From assembly GCA_951812955.1 (NCBI GenBank), contig OX638340.1:1312001-1376000 (forward strand): DNA of 64,000 bases, written 5' to 3'. Every line of letters begins with the position of its first letter. The first letter of the stretch is position 1. Of this stretch, positions 60,436 through 64,000 are shown in pieces. The DNA comes from an uncultured Gemmatimonadota bacterium. Its GTDB lineage: Bacteria > JAAXHH01. The position numbers were made by a program, and so were the translations under genes. Under the pieces are notes generated by a model. That model worked only from the letters and a program-made list of their open reading frames with translations. It had not been told where the DNA came from and did no database searches.

Positions 60436-62277
60436 ATGCCAATGCAACCTGACAAACGAAACCGGAATATCCTCGAAGCGGTAGCGTCCCTGCCTCGCGC
60501 AACGGCGATCCTGCTCGGCGCAGCGGCGATCCTCCTTGCCACCATGCTGGGCGCATCAGCGCTCGGCATCGGTGCCTCGGCGCTCGGCCTCACCACCGAC
60601 GGCCCATCCGGCCAGGGGCAGCCTGCCCAGGTCAACTCCGTGGGCGTCACTCTACCTGCGGACGCCGCACCGCCGGAACACCAGCATCTACGCACATTCG
60701 AGTTAAACAACCGGTTCATGGACCGGGCCACTTCCTCCTACCAGAAGATCTTCGGTTTCGCCCTGACGAACGAGCCGTTGACACGGGTCGACCGGGATTT
60801 CAACCTGCTTCCCGCCGCCGCGACACACTGGGAAGTGACCGAAGACGGCCAGACATGGATTTTCCATCTGCAGCGGGACCTGGTTTTTGGCGACGGCCGG
60901 CCCGTCACGGCCTACGACTACTTGTCTTCGTTCCGACGCTGGGCCGATCCGAAAACCGGTTTCGATTTCGAATGGTACTACCGGCCCATCAAGAACTGGG
61001 GCGAGGTCGTGGACGGCCGTATGCCCCTGGATTCCCTGGGCGTCGAAGCCCTGGACCGGTATACGATCGCTTTCACCACGACCCAGCCGACGCCTTACAC
61101 GCCGGAACTGCTGAACTACAGTTGGGTGACCCCTACCCACCTGTACGAGAAGTACGGTCCGGCCTGGTCGACCCGGCCCGAAACCCACATGGGCAACGGT
61201 CCGTTCCGGCTCAAGGAATGGACGATTAACGACCGCATCGTCCTCGAGCCCAGTCCGACGTACCGGGGGCCCAACAAGCCCTACCTGGAACGCATCACGG
61301 CGCAGCTCTTCAACGCCGCCGCGCAGCCGCCCTACCTCGCCGCTTACGAGGCGGGCGAAGTCGACTACATCGTGCTGAGCAACCAGGCCGAGATAAACCG
61401 GGTCAATTCGATTCCTGATTTGAAGGATCACCTGAACACCTACGTGGATTTCCAGACTTTCTATCTGATGATGGATACCCACAATCCCCCCTTCAACGAT
61501 TTGAGGGTACGCCAGGCCTTCAGCCATGCCGTCGACCAGGCCTCGCTTATGAAATCCGCCCTGCGGGACATTGCGTTGCCGGCTTCCGCCATGTCGCCAC
61601 CGGGGTTCCCAGCGGCCAACCCCGAAGCGCTGGCGTCCTTCCAGGCATACGACCCGGACCTCGCGCGCAGACTCCTTGCGGAAGCGGGTTTCCCGGACGG
61701 AAAGGGATTCCCGGCCGTGAACTTGTGGCTGCGGGGAGAACCCATCGTGATCAACACGGCCGCCGAGGCGGTCCAGGCCATGTTGAAACAAAGCCTGAAC
61801 ATCGAAGTAGGCGTACGAAACGTGGAAAGGAAGGTGTTTACGGAAACGATGAACGCCAAGGAACTCACGCTGGCGCTCATCCCCTACCGTTACGACTATG
61901 TCGACGCCAGCAACCTGCTCACGCTGTGGCTGTCGAATGGACGCCATTCCTGGTACAATGAACGGTTCGAAGAACTGGTACTCAGGGCAAACGTGCTGGT
62001 GGGAGATCCGGTCCGGCGGATCGAGCTATACCAGGAAGCGGAGGAGATACTCGTCCGTGACGTAGGCGGCGTGTTCCTGTGGCACACCCTGATCAATGAA
62101 ATGTGGCGGCCCTACGTACGAGGTGCAGCGATTGAGACGAACAGGTGGGGATACAGGGCATGGCGGGGCAACCAGATGTTGAACCTGATGCCGACCCTGT
62201 ACATATCGGATGAAGTCCTGGATACGGCCGTTGAGCAGAAATCCACCGGCTTCTGGGACTGGCTGACCACGAGGTAG
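60436..62277 (+). CDS. ABC transporter substrate-binding protein, family 5, copy 2
   Basis: 613 aa. A paralog of 58638..60392 with a longer N-terminal TM/signal region. Confidence 0.8.
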   Translation: MPMQPDKRNRNILEAVASLPRATAILLGAAAILLATMLGASALGIGASALGLTTDGPSGQGQPAQVNSVGVTLPADAAPPEHQHLRTFELNNRFMDRATSSYQKIFGFALTNEPLTRVDRDFNLLPAAATHWEVTEDGQTWIFHLQRDLVFGDGRPVTAYDYLSSFRRWADPKTGFDFEWYYRPIKNWGEVVDGRMPLDSLGVEALDRYTIAFTTTQPTPYTPELLNYSWVTPTHLYEKYGPAWSTRPETHMGNGPFRLKEWTINDRIVLEPSPTYRGPNKPYLERITAQLFNAAAQPPYLAAYEAGEVDYIVLSNQAEINRVNSIPDLKDHLNTYVDFQTFYLMMDTHNPPFNDLRVRQAFSHAVDQASLMKSALRDIALPASAMSPPGFPAANPEALASFQAYDPDLARRLLAEAGFPDGKGFPAVNLWLRGEPIVINTAAEAVQAMLKQSLNIEVGVRNVERKVFTETMNAKELTLALIPYRYDYVDASNLLTLWLSNGRHSWYNERFEELVLRANVLVGDPVRRIELYQEAEEILVRDVGGVFLWHTLINEMWRPYVRGAAIETNRWGYRAWRGNQMLNLMPTLYISDEVLDTAVEQKSTGFWDWLTTR

Positions 62278-62380
62278 GTCCCGGCTGTGCGTCCTCACCG
62301 AACACCCGGCGTACGTACTCACCGAACGCCTTGAAACGATTCCCCAGGACGCTTTCTCACCGCATCCATGTTCCAGCTTC

Positions 62381-63055
62381 CTACGCCGCGGCCTCCGTCA
62401 CGATGCGTCCGTCGAAGAGGCGGATGATCCGGTGGGCGTGATCGGCCAGAACCTGGTCGTGGGTCACCATGATGATGGTCGTGCCCGCCTCGTTGAGGCC
62501 GTTGAGCAGTTCCATGACCTCCGAACCGTTGGCCGAGTCCAGGTTACCCGTCGGCTCATCCGCCAGGATCAGCTTGGGATTGCCGATGACCGCCCGCGCC
62601 ACGGCCACGCGCTGCTGCTGGCCGCCGGAAAGCTGCTGCGGGAAGTGATTACGCCGGTGGGGGATCTGCATATGCTCCATCGCCGCATCCACCCGTTCCT
62701 TGCGCTCCTGCTTTGACGTGCCCAGGTAGATCAGCGGAAGCTCGATGTTCTCGTACACGGTCAGTTCGTCGATCAGGTTGAAGCTCTGGAACACGAAGCC
62801 GATGTTGTTCTTGCGCAGATTGGCTCTTTGCCGCTCGGAGTGGCCGGACACTTCCTGGTCCAGGAAATGGTATTCCCCGCCCGTGGGATTGTCGAGGAGG
62901 CCGAGGATGTTGAGCAAGGTGGACTTGCCGCAGCCCGAGGGTCCCATGACCGCCACGAACTCGCCCTGGTCCACGGCCATGCTCACGTCGTTCAACGCCG
63001 TCGTCTCCACCTCTTCGGTCGCATAGAGTTTCTGGAGATGCTCTGTCCGTATCAT
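62381..63055 (-). CDS. ABC transporter ATP-binding protein (MacB/LolD-type)
   Basis: Walker A GPSGCGKST, signature LSGGQQQRVAVARA, and Walker B LILADEPTGNLD. Confidence 0.9.
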   Translation of the reverse strand: MIRTEHLQKLYATEEVETTALNDVSMAVDQGEFVAVMGPSGCGKSTLLNILGLLDNPTGGEYHFLDQEVSGHSERQRANLRKNNIGFVFQSFNLIDELTVYENIELPLIYLGTSKQERKERVDAAMEHMQIPHRRNHFPQQLSGGQQQRVAVARAVIGNPKLILADEPTGNLDSANGSEVMELLNGLNEAGTTIIMVTHDQVLADHAHRIIRLFDGRIVTEAAA

Positions 63056-63193
63056 GTTGCGCTCCCGTAATGAAATGAGGCTCTGGGCGGACCCGGCGCG
63101 AGGCTTGGTGCGCCGCTGCGCGCCGCCCTGTCCTGTCGAGAAAACCTTACCATAAGCGTCCGTACCCGCTGCTATAAGCGTCCGTACCCGCTG

Positions 63194-64000
63194 CTACTGC
63201 AACACCAGCCTTTCCATGTCGCCGAAGTTGTCGTACATGGAGGTGATGACCTGCTCGCCCTCTTCGAGGCCTTCGAGGACCTCGAAATACTGGCTGTTCT
63301 GCCTGCCGAGCCGTATCTGCCGCCGCACGGCGAACTCGCCCGCGGGATCCAGCACGTAGATCCACCGGCCGCCCGTCGTCTGGTAGAACCCGCCCCGGGG
63401 CACCTGCATGGCGTCGGCCAGCTCGCCCAGCGCGACCCGCACCTGCAGCGTCTGGCCGCGGCGAAGGCCGTCCGGCATGCCCTCGGGGAACACCATGTCC
63501 GCCTCGAACTGCCCCTCGATCACCTCGGGATATACCCGGCTGATCACCAGATCGTAGGTTCCTCCGGCGAAATCGAAGGAACCGGCCTGCCCTGTACGAA
63601 TGCGGGCGATGTAATGCTCGTCGATGGCCGCACGCACCTTGAACTCGTCCTCCACGTCGATCTGACCCAACCGGTCGCCGCGGGGCTTGGACTCGCCCAC
63701 CTCGGCGATAAGCGAGGAGAGCAGCCCCGAGATCGGCGCGCGAAGCGTCAGGTTATCCTCGTTCTGCTTGATGAGTTCCAGGTTCAGGCGCAACCGGTCG
63801 ATCGATTCTTCCAGCTGCTGAACCTGGATCGTCTGGTAAAGCGAATCCTGGCGCAGCGTCTCGACGGTAACGTCCCGGCTGCGCGTCAGGTATTCCAGGT
63901 TGTCCTTGGCCTCGTCGAATTCCTTGCGCGAGGCAAGGTCCGCCTTGAACATCTCGTCCTGGCGCGTGTATTCCCGCTCGGCTTTGCGAAACTCGAATTC
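63194..64000 (-). CDS. efflux transporter periplasmic adaptor subunit (HlyD/MacA family), 5' end outside the window
   Basis: A coiled-coil segment followed by beta-barrel-like segments (LTLRAPISGLLS, GQTLQVRVALGE). The frame stays open to the window edge. Confidence 0.8.
   Translation of the reverse strand, partial: EFEFRKAEREYTRQDEMFKADLASRKEFDEAKDNLEYLTRSRDVTVETLRQDSLYQTIQVQQLEESIDRLRLNLELIKQNEDNLTLRAPISGLLSSLIAEVGESKPRGDRLGQIDVEDEFKVRAAIDEHYIARIRTGQAGSFDFAGGTYDLVISRVYPEVIEGQFEADMVFPEGMPDGLRRGQTLQVRVALGELADAMQVPRGGFYQTTGGRWIYVLDPAGEFAVRRQIRLGRQNSQYFEVLEGLEEGEQVITSMYDNFGDMERLVLQ

Overview
High-GC (about 60-65%) bacterial chromosomal segment with lower-GC accessory patches. There are no rRNA genes and no integrase or transposase genes. 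Coordinates 1-32200 are mostly catabolic and transport genes. They include a DapA-like aldolase, an Ldh2 oxidoreductase, and a BtuB-like TonB-dependent receptor behind a clear cobalamin riboswitch with an attenuator hairpin. They also include four Gfo/Idh/MocA oxidoreductases, two xylose-isomerase-like TIM barrels, iolD, three PhyH dioxygenases (one further right at 38141), amidohydrolases, outer-membrane barrels, an MFS and an NRAMP-like transporter, and two tandem tRNA-Arg genes. Coordinates 32200-40400 are a patchwork of lower-GC inserts between core genes. The inserts are an EEP-family nuclease/phosphatase paralog pair (the other copy is at 5.0 kb), DUF1697, an intact MNT-HepT toxin-antitoxin pair, a class-II-like Fic protein, a retropepsin-like protease, and a second MNT whose hepT partner is internally deleted. 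Coordinates 40391-53300 hold a complete type I-G (formerly I-U) CRISPR-Cas locus: cas3 with C-terminal HD, csx17/cas8g, csb1/cas7g, csb2/cas5-6g, a cas4-cas1 fusion and cas2. Its array has 35 repeats plus one degenerate repeat. The right end encodes a 1383-aa Big_2 / plant-type LRR / metzincin-like lipoprotein, an M23 peptidase, two tandem paralogous family-5 solute-binding proteins and part of a MacAB-like efflux system. The observations most worth a second look are listed here.
- An in-frame low-GC insertion in cas8g.
- A small ORF that overlaps the cas3 start.
- The orphan MNT/delta-hepT next to cas3.
- A ComEA-type HhH domain fused to an outer-membrane barrel and paired with a PorV-like barrel.
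- The EEP islets.
- Short tandem duplications that sit on or just after stop codons.

All functional calls come from motif recognition by eye, with no searches run. I did not identify one clear undescribed system; the candidates are ranked in the findings.
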